64,000 nt of DNA from Malacoraja senta. Taxonomy: Eukaryota. A program made the position numbers and the translations under genes. The notes under the pieces are model-generated. The model ran no database searches and was not told the origin of the DNA. It saw only the letters and a list, made by a program, of their open reading frames with translations. Positions within the stretch are counted from its first letter, which is position 1, and every line of letters begins with the position of its first letter. This document shows positions 25,291 to 37,547 of this stretch, in pieces. The stretch lies in NCBI GenBank assembly GCA_038087875.1, contig CM075990.1, positions 13,952,001-14,016,000 on the forward strand, in the 5' to 3' direction.

Positions 25291-28200
25291 TATCTATGTA
25301 ACCGTTAAAAGATATCCCTTGAAACAATTCGAAGAAGAGCAGGTGACTTTTCCCTGGGGCGCTAATTTATTCATATCCTGCGACTGACAGCATAACAAAA
25401 TAGATTATAAAACATGGGAGAGTACAGCACAGGAATAGGCTCTTCGGCTCACAATGCCCGAGTTGAACATGATGCCAAGACCAACTCTTATCTGCCTGTA
25501 GGTAATCCATATCCCACCATTCTCTGCAAATCCATCTGCATCTCTGAAAGCCTCTTAAATGCCACTGATTATCGGGTCAATATTGTTCCTGTTTATGAGA
25601 GCTTGGTATGTTAAATCAAACAGAGCCTGATGTGCGTGGATGATCCTGAGGTTATGTGGAGTGCCATGCAAATGCTAAACTTTCTTACCTAAAGTGTTTT
25701 TGTTTGCCATTTTCCTTTGATCGTTGAGGCTGTTGAGGCTGTACTACAAGAAAAGCATGGAAAACACTAATGTTCAATCCATTTTTTACATTATGTAACT
25801 GCAATAAAAATAAAAGGCAGTGCCATCACCATTAGCACGTCACATACTCCTTGCTGGTTGCCTTGGGCACGGCTCAGTAATGAAGATGTCCGTGCATGGC
25901 TGGGGAAGTGTACGGAGACAGGGGCGGGATAGGATGAGGGGCAAGAGAAGGGGGTCAGCCTTCAATTATCTTAGACTTGAAATTAGTTTAAGATTGAGAA
26001 TATCTGGATATCCAAATCAGATGTTTGGGAAGCAATCATCTGAGCAATATCATAGCAATCAAGTTGAGCAAATATTTTTCTTTTCAAAGGTTGACAAGAA
26101 AATCCTACAGCATCTCTCTCAATCTTTCAGAGGCAATGGATTTGAAGAACACACAGAGACTAGTGTTGCCTAGGCAATGCCTTTTAATTTATCTGTGACA
26201 TGTGGGCCAGTCTTTGTTCTCCATTCCCGACTGCACTTGAGAAGGTTGTGGGTGCTTTCTTGAGACACTACAAAGCTTCAGGTGAAGATACCCCCACAGA
26301 GAGCAGTGACATGGAATGAGCTGCTTTAGTTCAGAGATTCAGCATGAAGACATGTTCTTCAGTGGGCCACATCCACACCAACTATCAATCACCTGTTCAC
26401 GCTAGTTCTATATTATACCACTCTCATCCACTCTCTGCATATAGGTGTAGGAAGGCACTGCAGATGCTGGTTTACACCAGATTTACACATAAAATGCTGG
26501 AGTAACTCTGCAGGACATACAGCATCTCTGGAGAGAAGGAATGGGTCACGTTTCGGGTCGAGACCTTTCTTCAGAATGAAGATGTCTGAAGCAGGGTCTC
26601 GACCCGAAACGCCATCCATTTCTTCTCTAGGGGCTAGTGGGATCAAGGGATATGGGGAGAAGGCAGGCACGGGTTATTGATTGGGGACGTTCAGCCATGA
26701 TCACAATGAATGGCGGTGCTGTCTCGAAGGGCCGAATGGCCTCCTCCTGCACCTATTTGCTATGTTTCTATGTTTCTACGCTGCCTGTCCCAACACATAG
26801 GTGCAATTTATAGAGACAAATTAACCTTAAAACCAGGACATCTTTGGGATGTGTGAGGCAATAGGAGAAAACCCACGTGGATCCAGAGAGAATGTGCAAA
26901 TTCCACACCAATAGCACCGGAGGTTAGGATTGAACTGGGTCTCTGGTGCTGTGAGGCTGCAGCTCTACCAGCTGTGCCACTGTGCGCCCATTAGTTACTA
27001 TAAAAGGAAATGCAAGTCAAGTCAAGTCAAGTGAGTTTATTGTCATGTGTCCCTGGTAGGACAATGAAATTCTTGCTTTGCTTGAGCACAGCAGAACATA
27101 GTAGGCATTTACTACAAGGCATTCTATAAATATATACACAATGGTCAATATACTGATAAAGTGCAAATAACAGTATTGGCTAGTAAAGTTCAGTGTTATG
27201 TCCGAGCCAGGTTTAATAGCCTGATGGCTGTGGGGAAGTAGCTGTTCCTGAACCTGGTCGTTGCAGTCTTCAGGCTCCTGTACCTTCTACCTGAAGGTAG
27301 TAGGGAGATGAGTGTGTGGCCAGGATGGTGTGGGTCCTTGATGATGCTGCCAGCCTTTTTGAGGTAGGCTCAAAAGGGATATTAGGAAGCAAATTAGCGA
27401 TATATGAAAAAAAAGGACTATGTGGAAAGGACTATCCACATTCCTCATTGTTTTCCATCATGCTGTATAGTGATAATATGTACAAGAAAATCAGCAAGAC
27501 AGGGGTGGGTTTGTATATCACCTTACCTCAAGCTTGGCCACAGAGATTGCTATTTAGATTCAGTAATATTGCTGTGTCTTTGGGTGACTGGGTTGGTTGC
27601 TCAACCTTCACCATCAGATTTGACCATGTTAATTGGGCCAACAGTCCATTGTAGCACAGAGACAATGCTGCAATGTCAGGCCTCGTTCACTGTCCTTTCC
27701 TGGTGTAGGTTGTTGCTAAGGATCCCACAGCACTGCTTGAAGGGCAGGGATTCTCCCATTGTGCTGGCCAACATTCCTCCTCCAGCCAACACCAGCAACA
27801 AACCATTCATCTCCAGGAAGTGGTCACTGGACTGCGGTTTCAGTTGAAGAAGTGCACAGCACTACAAAAGCACCAGGGCAAGTCCCATAACAGGAGCCTA
27901 TTTTGGGCCAATTCTGTCTGGCTGCAAATGCTGTTACAATTAAATTGTCCCAGGCATTGTGCCTCCATTTACAACTGGTCATTCTGGGACAAATTGGACA
28001 AATTGACCCATGAGCCAGCAAAGGGATTATTAGCCAACTGGTCCTCTCTGCTGCACTGTTCTACAATCCATTGAAATATACCTTGATGAAAACAGTTCCT
28101 CTTTACACAGCAGTGTCATTGCCTGTACATACTCCTCCAGAGAAGGAGCCACACTTGTACTCTTCAACCATTGATCTCTTGTCAAAGTTAATGGTTTCTT

Positions 28201-28564
28201 AATGATGCTTCAATGTTTACCTGTCAGTCTCAGCAGCGACTCTGACACCTGGACTGCCCTGTGGCTTAGAGTGCACTACATGCAGTGGGTTAAGAATAAG
28301 TACAACCTGTGCACACACTCCTGTGTGAGTGACGTGTGAGTGATTTTACTGCACTTGGATAGATCAGCAGGAAAAATATCCAATTACAGCCAAAATCCAA
28401 TAACTTGCTATCCGATTGCTAGCGACTCCCGATAGATTGACACCTGGCTCACGGGACCCCCCAAGCTCCCTATAAACACACTGGATCCCTGCTCCCATAC
28501 CTCTTATAAGCTCACTGAGATTCTGTTTCCAGCTTTATCACCCCACTGGGGCTCAGTTCCCCAT

Positions 28565-28710
28565 GAAACATAGAAACATAGAAAATAGGTGCAGGAGGAA
28601 GCCATTCGGCCCTTCGAGCCAGCACCACCATTCATTGTGATCATGGCTGTTCGTCCCCAATCAATAACCCGTGCCTGCCTTCTCCCCATATCCCTTGATT
28701 CCACTAGCCT
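28565..28710 (-). mobile_element. CR1 3' UTR fragment
   Basis: gaaacatagaaacatagaaaataggtgcaggagg...ccatatcccttgattccactagcc. Confidence 0.85.
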
Positions 28711-31700
28711 CTTAGTGGAAACTTAGTGGAAACTTTCTAACCTCTTGTAGAAGTGAAATCCAATCAAAGACTGTATTCCACTTGTGAGAATTGGGTTGAA
28801 TTCCAAATTCCTATAAACTCGCTGGGACCTTGTTCCCACGAACAAAACTCACCGGTGCCCTGTTTCTAGTGCTCCCTTTAAACTTAGAAAAAAGAACAGG
28901 AAACGCTGGCTACTACACAACAGGACACAAAGTGCTGGAGTAACTCAGCAGGTCAGGCAGCATCTCTGGAGAACATGGATCAGTGACGTTTCAGTTTGAG
29001 AACCATCTGAAGAAGGACCTGAAAGTCACCAACACATGTTCTCCAAAGATGCTGCCTGACCTGCTGAGTTATTCCAGCACTTTGTAGCCCTCTCCCCTTA
29101 AACTTACTGGGTTTGGTTCTCTGCATTCTTTTTAGACTCATCTAATTCACTGAAGGTTTTATTCACTGGTGTAGCCTCTGAGAAAAAAGTGAATTAAAAG
29201 TTGGATGAAGTATCACCATCCAATAATCGGGAAACCCTTATTAAATCCATTTCCAGAGGCCAATTCACCTACAAATCTGCTTGTTTTGGGATATGGGATG
29301 AAACCAGAGCACCTGGAGGAAACCCACATGATCACAGGAAGAACATGCAAACTCCACACAGACAGCACCTGAGCTCAGGATTGAACCCGGGTATTTGAAG
29401 CTGTGAGGCAGCGGCTCGACCAGCTGCACCATAGGGGTGGGGGAATTCCAAGAATCCACTACCCTATGCAGGCAGAAATACCTACTCTGAAGTGTGGTCA
29501 ATGTTGCAATGTTGGAAATACTGTAGTCAATTCGTGCAAGATCCCACACAACAAAACATGATAATAACCAAATAATCAGTTTTAGCAAAGTTGGTTGAGG
29601 CATTGAGATCTTGACTTGGAGAAATTTCCATTACTCCTCATAAAAATAGTGACATAAAATCCTTTACATCCATCTTAGACCAAAAAGGCATCTCTAGTAA
29701 GGGAGGAAGGGCCATGGGATGTAACTTGAGCTGATACTTTTTCAACTCAGATTCAAAAGATGCAGTGAGAAATAGCATTAAAAACAGCCAGGTATACACC
29801 TCGACTAAACATGCAAGGTCGTGACTCTCCTGACAATGCAAGTTTGCTAACGGCAGGTCCTCAATCATGAGGCCAAGTGCCACAGAGATGGCGAGATCAA
29901 AGAGTTAATCTCATTCGACTCAAGAGGAACAAACAGGAGCATTGGTGACCGGTGTAGAGGGGCAGGTATGGAGCAATTACTAAATTGGCCTGAAATGTGG
30001 CACTCAGACAAAATATAGGCCCAATTTTGTTTGTCATAAATCATATTTATTAATGCATTCAACCCTCTAGTTCTTCTGCCATGGCTTTTTAATTGGGCAT
30101 TCATAAAGCATGCATGCTTGGGAAACAGATAGCTCCAAAACAGTGGATGAGATTGCTTAATTCATTGGTGTGACCGACACATATTGTATTGCTTGCTAAT
30201 TGGAGTTCCGACATAGGCAATTTGGCCCATCTGTCTCTGCTGGTGTTTATTTTCCACCTATTTTCCACTGTTCCTCATCTAACCAATTAATACATCCTAC
30301 GGAGATAGGCACAAAAAGCTGGAGTAACTTAGGCAGCTTCTCTGGAGAGAAGGAATGGGTGACGTTTTGGGTCGAGAATCTTCTTTAGACGAAAGGGACA
30401 CAGAGGTGGACCTGGTAGACAACAAGAAGGAGGATGGAAGCAGCAAAGGTATGGGTGATGAAACAGCAGGCCAGAGGACTAAAAATAGGCACAAAAAGCT
30501 GGTCACTCAGCAGGACTGGCAACATCTCTAAGAGAAGGAATGGGTGATGTTTCAGGTTGAGACACGTCACCCATTCCTTTTCTCCAGAGATGCTGCCTGT
30601 CCCGCTGAGTTACTCCAGCTTTTTGTGTCTATCTTCAGTTTAAATCAGCATCTGCAGTTCCTTCTTACACATAAAAAGTCAGGCAGCAGAAATCCTGTCT
30701 TCATTATGCAGCCTTTATTATGAACGCTTGGTTTTGCTAGCATTTTCACACATGGGCTATTAACCAGTAGCAGATGCTAGAGGATATTTCAAGACAGATC
30801 AAATGCACTGAATATAGTCAATGCAAAGCTAAAATCAATGGACCAGTGCCTTCTAATCTTTTAAGCTTGTCACGGTAACTGGACATTTCCCTGAGTGTTA
30901 ATGTTTGCAACGAATGTGAGAAAACAAGAATGTGAGGATCATTGCCTCCATCCTATCATGAAAATAACTTGGTGGAAATTTACCATAAATTAACCACAGA
31001 CTGACCACAGAAGTGTGGGCACAAGGAAGCGCAGATGCTGGAATGGAGATCAAAACACAAAGTGCTGGAGGAACTCAGCAGGCCAGGCAGCAGTACAGAC
31101 TGAAAGTGGGTCTCGATCTGAAACGTCGCTTATTCATTCCCCCCCACTAATGTTCCCTGACCCGCTGAGTCCTACCAGCATTTTATGTTTTGAACTATGT
31201 TATAGAAATGTAGAAACTGTAGTAGAAATGTATTGTTTATTGAATGAGATGAGAGTAACAGCCATGGACATTAAGGTAGCATCTGAAGGTGTTTGGCATC
31301 AAGAAGGTCTGGTTAAACTGAAGTCAATGGACTTCATGGGATGTGGTTATTCCAGATTAATACAACCTTCCTATAGCTGGGTCACAGGAACTGCACATGT
31401 TACTCCTAAATGTGGTCTCATCAATGTCTTCTGGAGTGACTACTCCTGCCGATGAAGATAAACAGGCCAAATGTCTTCTTCACCACCCTGTCTACCTGTG
31501 TCGCCACTTTCAGAAACTTGTACGCCATGCTCCAGAACAGTGCCCCGCCACTCACTGTGTAAGTCTTGCCCTAGTTTGACTTACAAAAATACCCACATTT
31601 GTCAGTGTTAAACTCCATCTGCCATTCCTTGGCCCACTTCCTGAATTGATCCAGATCCTTTTGTAAAATTAGAGGAATTGCACAGAGGCGTAGCTGGTAG

Positions 31701-34700
31701 AGCTGCTGCCTCTGCAGAACCAGAAAACTGGGTTCGATCCTAACCTCAGGAGCTCACTGTGTGGAGTTTACACTTTCTCCCTGTGACCGCGAGGGTTTCC
31801 TCCTGATGCATCGGTTTCCCCCCACATCCCAAAGACATGCGGGTTTGTAGGTTAATTGGCATTTGTATATTGTTGTGTGTAGATAGTGGATGAGAAGATG
31901 GGATGACATAGAACTATTGTGAATAGCTGGTCGATGATCAGTGTGGACTCAGAAGGCCAATGGGGCTGTTTTCATGCTGTATCTCTAAACTCTATATTGC
32001 TTAGACCGGAAGGGAGGAAGCAGCATATAGGGCAAGATTTATGAATCTCCTACACAACATATTCATTAGCACTGCTAAATTTCTGCCGATGTGAAATAAG
32101 TTATCCTCTAAACTAGTTTTTCATGCAGATGCACCAGATTTAAATGGCTTGTGAAGTAAAAGCTTTGCAGAACGGCGTTGTGTTTTAAAATTATTCAAAT
32201 AAAATTACCGCCATCATCATTTGTGTAGGCTCTACAAAGGGTTTCAGTAGCATAATCATGATGAGAAAATGATTTGTCACATTCAGGGACCTTATTTTAA
32301 CACCTTGAACCGTTGCCAATATTCACAAAGGGTGCCCGACAGAATTGCTGCAGTTTGCTTTTCTTTTTAAAGATCATGATGGATGTTCAGAATTTCCTTT
32401 TTTTGTTTGGAATTATGACAATAACTGTGCTTGATATGCGAGCCCCAAGTACTTCAGTTTATTTCCCGCACAAAGAAATTCCCTTGGTAGTAAAATTGCA
32501 AACTACTCTACGACTGCAAACTATTTGCTCCATGAATGAGATAGATTGCTTTGTCTTTGGGTGCACCTGAAATATAATTATTTTCCTATTTAATATCCTC
32601 GCACCATTAACATTGTTCATTTCTTCCTGCGCGTGCAGGAGCATCGTACCTGTTTATATCAATTTTACGTGCTAAATATTTTTAAAAACGTAACATTATG
32701 CAGATTAAGTGGGAAATAAAATTGCCACTAGGTTAAATATTCCATAAATTATCTTTAAGTGTTAATAAAGTTGTCAGGAAAATGCAGAGCTATGTAATTT
32801 ATCGTTGGAATATATTGCTAAAGTACAACTCGTAGTGTAAGGAATGTTCTTGAAAAACTATTAGTGTGAGGTGCTGACTGTGAAGGTTGAGACCATCTTT
32901 TAAGTGCGTGAGAGGATGGCCCTGTACTTTGGACCATTTTCCTACTGCTTAAAATTATAGCAAATTGCAGCGTCGGAGACCCGGGGTCGATCCCGACTAC
33001 GGGTGCTGTCTGTATGGAGTTTGTACATTCTCCCCGTGGCCTGTGTGGGTTTTCCCCGAGATCTTCGGTTTCCCCCCACATTCCAAAGACGTACAGGTTT
33101 GTAGGTTAATTGGCTTGATTAATTGGCTTGATTAAATGTAAAAATTGTCCAGTATAAACTTGTCCAACTTCCAGTATATTCCCTGGTAGACTCTTCGCGA
33201 GGTACAAGGAACAAGGTGCAAGGTAGGGAGGAACTGCAGATGCTGGTTTACACTGAAGATCGACACAAAATGCTGGAGCAACTCAGCGGGACAGGCAGCA
33301 TCTCTGGAAAGAAGGAATGGGTGACGTTTCGGGTCGAGACCCTTCATTAGGCTCAGAGTCAGGGTAGAGGGAAACTAGGGATATGAAAGGGTATGCAAGG
33401 GGTCTTCCCTGTTGCTATCAAACTATACAACTCCTCCCCCTTCTGTCGTGGGGTAGACTGAGACTGACTCCCCTCAACCCCCCTTCCCCCCCCTCCCCAA
33501 TCTTTGCACATCCCCAATCCTTTCCATTCGTCACTTTAATTTCATGTTTCATTTATTTTGTGTTTTTATGACTGTTGGCAGATCAATTTCCCTAATGGGA
33601 TGAATAAAGTTCTATCGTATCGTATCGTAAGGTGTGAAAATGACAGATCAAAGCAGACAATGTTCAAGGAAATATAGAATAGTTCGTTGTTGAAGGGAAG
33701 GTGACAATAAGGCACACAAACTGTAAAATCAATCAGGAGGACAGTGAAACTAGTCAGAGAACTAGGGTGGGGAGGGACAGAGCCACTTTTTAGGCTCCAG
33801 TTAAATCCATACTGACAGGCTGATAATATCACCTGGCTCTAGACAATGTCGAACTACTCTGTGTTGGTGATGTGGGTCCAGCACTGCACTGTTGAAGGTG
33901 CTGTTTGTCTGATGATTCAGCAAACTCAGGAACTAGTTTTAAGGTATCTTGTACAACACAAATGTCACAAGTTTAAGAATGATTGAGAATGCTTGGGTGG
34001 AGGTGATGAACAAGGGGCAACTGCAAGAAGGGTTTCGGCCCGAAACGTTCCCTATTTCCTTCGCTCCATAGATGCTGCTGCACCCGCTGAGTTTCTCCAG
34101 CACTTTTGTCTACCTTCGATTTTCCAGCATCAGCAGTTCCTTCTTAAAAACTGCAAGAAATAACTACTTATGGAGGCACAAGGAACCGCAGATGTTGGAA
34201 TCTTGAACAAAACAAAAAGTGCCGGAGGAACTCACTGGGTCAAGCAACATCTGTGGAGGCAATGGACAGACAACCCTTTGGGTCGGGAGCCTTCTTCAGA
34301 CTGACGGTAGAGAGGGGAGAAACCTGGGAAGAGAACAAGAGAACTCGGGATAAGACAAAACCTGGCAAGTGATAGGTGGATACATATGAGGGGGAGGGAT
34401 TGATTGGGTAGAGTAAATGATAAAGGCAAGAGGTAAAAGGGGAATTAAGTGGTGTCGGATGAGGAGAGAAGAGGAGTGAAATGTGAAGGCAGAAGGAGGA
34501 ATATAGGTGGAAGGGTGCAGGGGGGAGGGGAAAGAGAAGTGATAATGTTTTTTCCCTACAAAATGGCTCCATCAGTGCTCATGCTAAAATTGATCGGTAG
34601 TCATTTTCCATCAGAGAGCTTTACCACTTGGAACTTCTGATCAAAAGCTCCGAGGTTGGTGTGGCTTAGAAAATTACTGCTTATGTCTGAAATGAGCAGA

Positions 34701-34924
34701 GAGTAGCCTGTCAGTTGATGGGAAGCCACATACTGCAAACAGCAGGCCTGCCCTGCTGCGCTAATGATTATTATTTGATTATCTTTCTATTTAGTAATTT
34801 TACAGGCGTGCAGCTGTTTCCTCCAGTGTACAATCTTCAACAAAATAAGGTATGAAAAATTAATCAACCTGGAAAATTACAACAACAGCAGTAGGAAAGA
34901 ATGGCAGATGCTGGTTTAAATCGG

Positions 34925-35270
34925 AATTCCCCATCTGACCTTTCTGTCCTGGGCCTCCTCCATTGTCTGAGTGAGGCCCAGCGCAAATTGGAGGAACAGC
35001 ACCTCATATTTCGCTTGGATAGCTTACAACCTGGTATGAACATTGACTTCCCTAATGTCAAATAGCCCTTGCTTTCCTTCTCTCTCCATCCCCTTCCCCT
35101 TCCCAGTTCCCCCACCAGTCTTACTGTCTCCGACTACATTCTATCTCTGTACCGCCCACTCCCCTGACATCATTCTGAAGAAGGGTCTCGACCCGAAACG
35201 TCACACATTCCCTCTCTCCAGAGATGCTGTCTGTCCTACTGAGTTTCTGCAGCAATTTGTGTCTACCCTC
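34925..35270 (+). mobile_element. Penelope-like element 3' end with an intact hammerhead-like motif (35173-35204)
   Basis: SDLSVLGLLHCLSEAQRKLEEQHLIFRL peptide, then CTGAAGA A GGGT CTCG ACCC GAAA C GTC. Inverted terminal fragments flank it (34890-34922, 35310-35390). Confidence 0.85.
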
Positions 35271-36302
35271 ACTTACATCCTGCTCTTATCATAACCAGAC
35301 GAACAACGTTTGATAGGCACAAAATGCTGGACGGGCAGCATCTCTGGAGAGAAGGAATGGGAGACGTTTCGGGTCGAGACCCTTCTTCAACGTTTGATGT
35401 TGCATCTCCTTGGGAGATATTTGGAGATATCAGTAAAAGCTTGGTCGGAAAAGTAGACTTTTTATGGAGCACCTCAAAAGGCAAAGGAGTGGTGAAAGGG
35501 AAGAGAAAGATTTAGAGAGGGGAATCCAGTTTAGGGCTCAGGAAATCACAGCCGGTGGTTGAGGATCAAAGGCTCAAAACTAAAGAAGACTGGAAAATTC
35601 TAATTTTAGTGTAAAATTGCTATTGCAAACCCATGCATGGTAGGTGGCAAAGTGGCACAGTGGTAGAGTTACTGCCTTACAGTGCCAGAGACCCGGGTTC
35701 GATCCTGACTATGGGTGTTTATCTGTATGGAGATTGTACATGCTCCCTATGACCACGTGGTTTTCTCCGGGAGCTCCGGTTTCCTCCCACATTTCAACGG
35801 CGTGCAGGTTTGTAAGTTAATTATTTTCTGTACAATGTTTAGTCTGTAGGATAGAACTAGCATATGATGATCGCTGGTCGGTGCGGTCTAAAACTAAATA
35901 CTAAAATACCCTAAATCTATCAAGACGTTAAGCCACCTTTCAAATCACAATGTCCACAACTTACAAATATGTTTTAACTAGCAGCAAAATTGGACTTTAT
36001 TGAAGTGACTGCAAAGATTCACATATATATCTGAAATATACTTTAGGCTCAGGGTTTTGTCACAACAATGAGATATCTCTTTTTTAAACATTCCCACCAT
36101 GTCCAGACTTTTTGGACAAAAACATTCTTGATATGGACAACTCAGATTTAGACAGTGCAGACACAGACACGATATATAGACACTAAAACATTCGATACTC
36201 AAGGCATATAAAGACTGTAGATGCTGAAAATGTTTAGTTTAGAGATACAATGTGGAAACAGAGGACACGGATCTGAAACATGAACTAATTTTCTGCCTGT
36301 TT

Positions 36303-37547
36303 AAGAAGGAACTGCAGATGCTCGAAAATCAAAGGTAGTCAAAAATGCTGGAGAAGGTAGACAAAACTGCTGGAGAAACTCAGCGGGTGAGGCAGCTTCT
36401 ACGGAGCGAAGGAAATAGGCAAAGTTTCGGGTCGAAACCCTTCTTCAGACTGATGTGAGGGTGGGGGGGAGGGGGGGGGCGCGGGCGGGAGGAAGAAAGG
36501 AAGAGATGGAGCCAGAGGGCTGAGGGAGAGCTGAGAAGGGGAGGAGAAAGTAAGGTACACAAAAATGCTGGAGAAACTCAGCGGGTGCAGCAGCATCTAT
36601 GGAGCGAAGGAAATAGGTAACGTTTCGGGCCGAAACCCTTCTTCAGACTGATAGGGGGTGGGGAGAAGAAAGGAAAAAAGGAAAAAGGCGGAGGAGGAGC
36701 CCGAGGGCTGGGGGAGGGGAGGAGACAACCAGAGGGCTGATGAAGGGGAGGGGACAGCCAGGGCTAGCAGAATTGGGAGAATTCAACGTTCAGGCCACCA
36801 GGATGTAGACTGCCCAAGCGGAATATGAGGTGCATTTCCTCCAATTTACGGTGTTGCTCGCTGTGGCCATGGAGGAGACCCAGGACAGAGAGGTCAGATA
36901 CGGAATGGGAGGGGGAGTTGAAGTGCTGAGCCACCGGGAGTTCAGGTTGGTTATTGCGGACCGACCGGAGGTGTTCGGCGAAACGATCGCCAAGCCTCCG
37001 CTTGGTCTCACCGATGTAGATCAGCTGGCATCTAGAGCAGCGAATGCAATAGATGAGGTTGGAGGAGATGCAGGTGAACCTCTGTCGCACCTGGAACGAC
37101 TGCTTGGGTCCTGGAATGGAGTGGAGGGGGGAAGTGAAGGGACAAGTGTTGCATCTCTTGCGGTTGCAAGGGAAAGTACCAGGGGAGGGGGTGGTATGGG
37201 AGGGAAGGGAAGAATTGACAAGGGAGTTACGGAGGGAGCGGTCTTTGCGGAAGGCAGACATAGGGGGAGATGGGAAAAGGACTGCCTGAAATTAGAGAAG
37301 TCAATGTTCATACCGCTGGGGTGCAAACTGCCCAAGCGAAATATGAGGTGCTGCTCCTCCAATTTATGGTGGTCCTCACTCTGGCAATGGAGGAGAGGCC
37401 CAGGACAGAAAGGTCGGATTCGGAATGGGAGGGGGAGTTGAAGTGCTGAGCCACCGGGAGATCAGGTTGGTTATTGCGAACCGAGCGGAGGTGTTTGGCG
37501 AAGCGATCGCCAAGCCTACGCTTGGTCTCACCGATGTGGAGCAGCTA
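36303..37547 (-). mobile_element. Penelope-like retroelement: GIY-YIG endonuclease region, partial tandem duplication and duplicated 3' pseudo-LTR
   Basis: ORF 36764-37261 has CNRKRCNTC, NLIYCIRCSRCQLIYIGETKRRLGDRFAEH and LEEMHLIFRLGSLHPGGLN. 37278-37547 repeats the C-terminal part. Two tandem 3' units at about 36357-36550 and 36553-36760. Confidence 0.92.
36616..36650 (-). ncRNA. Minimal type-I hammerhead ribozyme motif (Penelope-associated)
   Basis: Minus strand reads cagt-CUGAAGA-A-GGGU-UUCG-GCCC-GAAA-C-GUU-acc. It has the conserved core boxes, a 4-bp stem II, a palindromic ACGU in place of stem III, and a 2-bp stem I. Confidence 0.7.

Noticed and set aside
27316..31455. Longer ORF-track ORFs (27316, 27404, 29265, 31015) as host genes
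   Set aside because: Each is a chimera of repeat fragments, with no domain similarity or exon structure.
36830..37441. 203-aa plus-strand ORF
   Set aside because: Antisense shadow of the Penelope GIY-YIG region.
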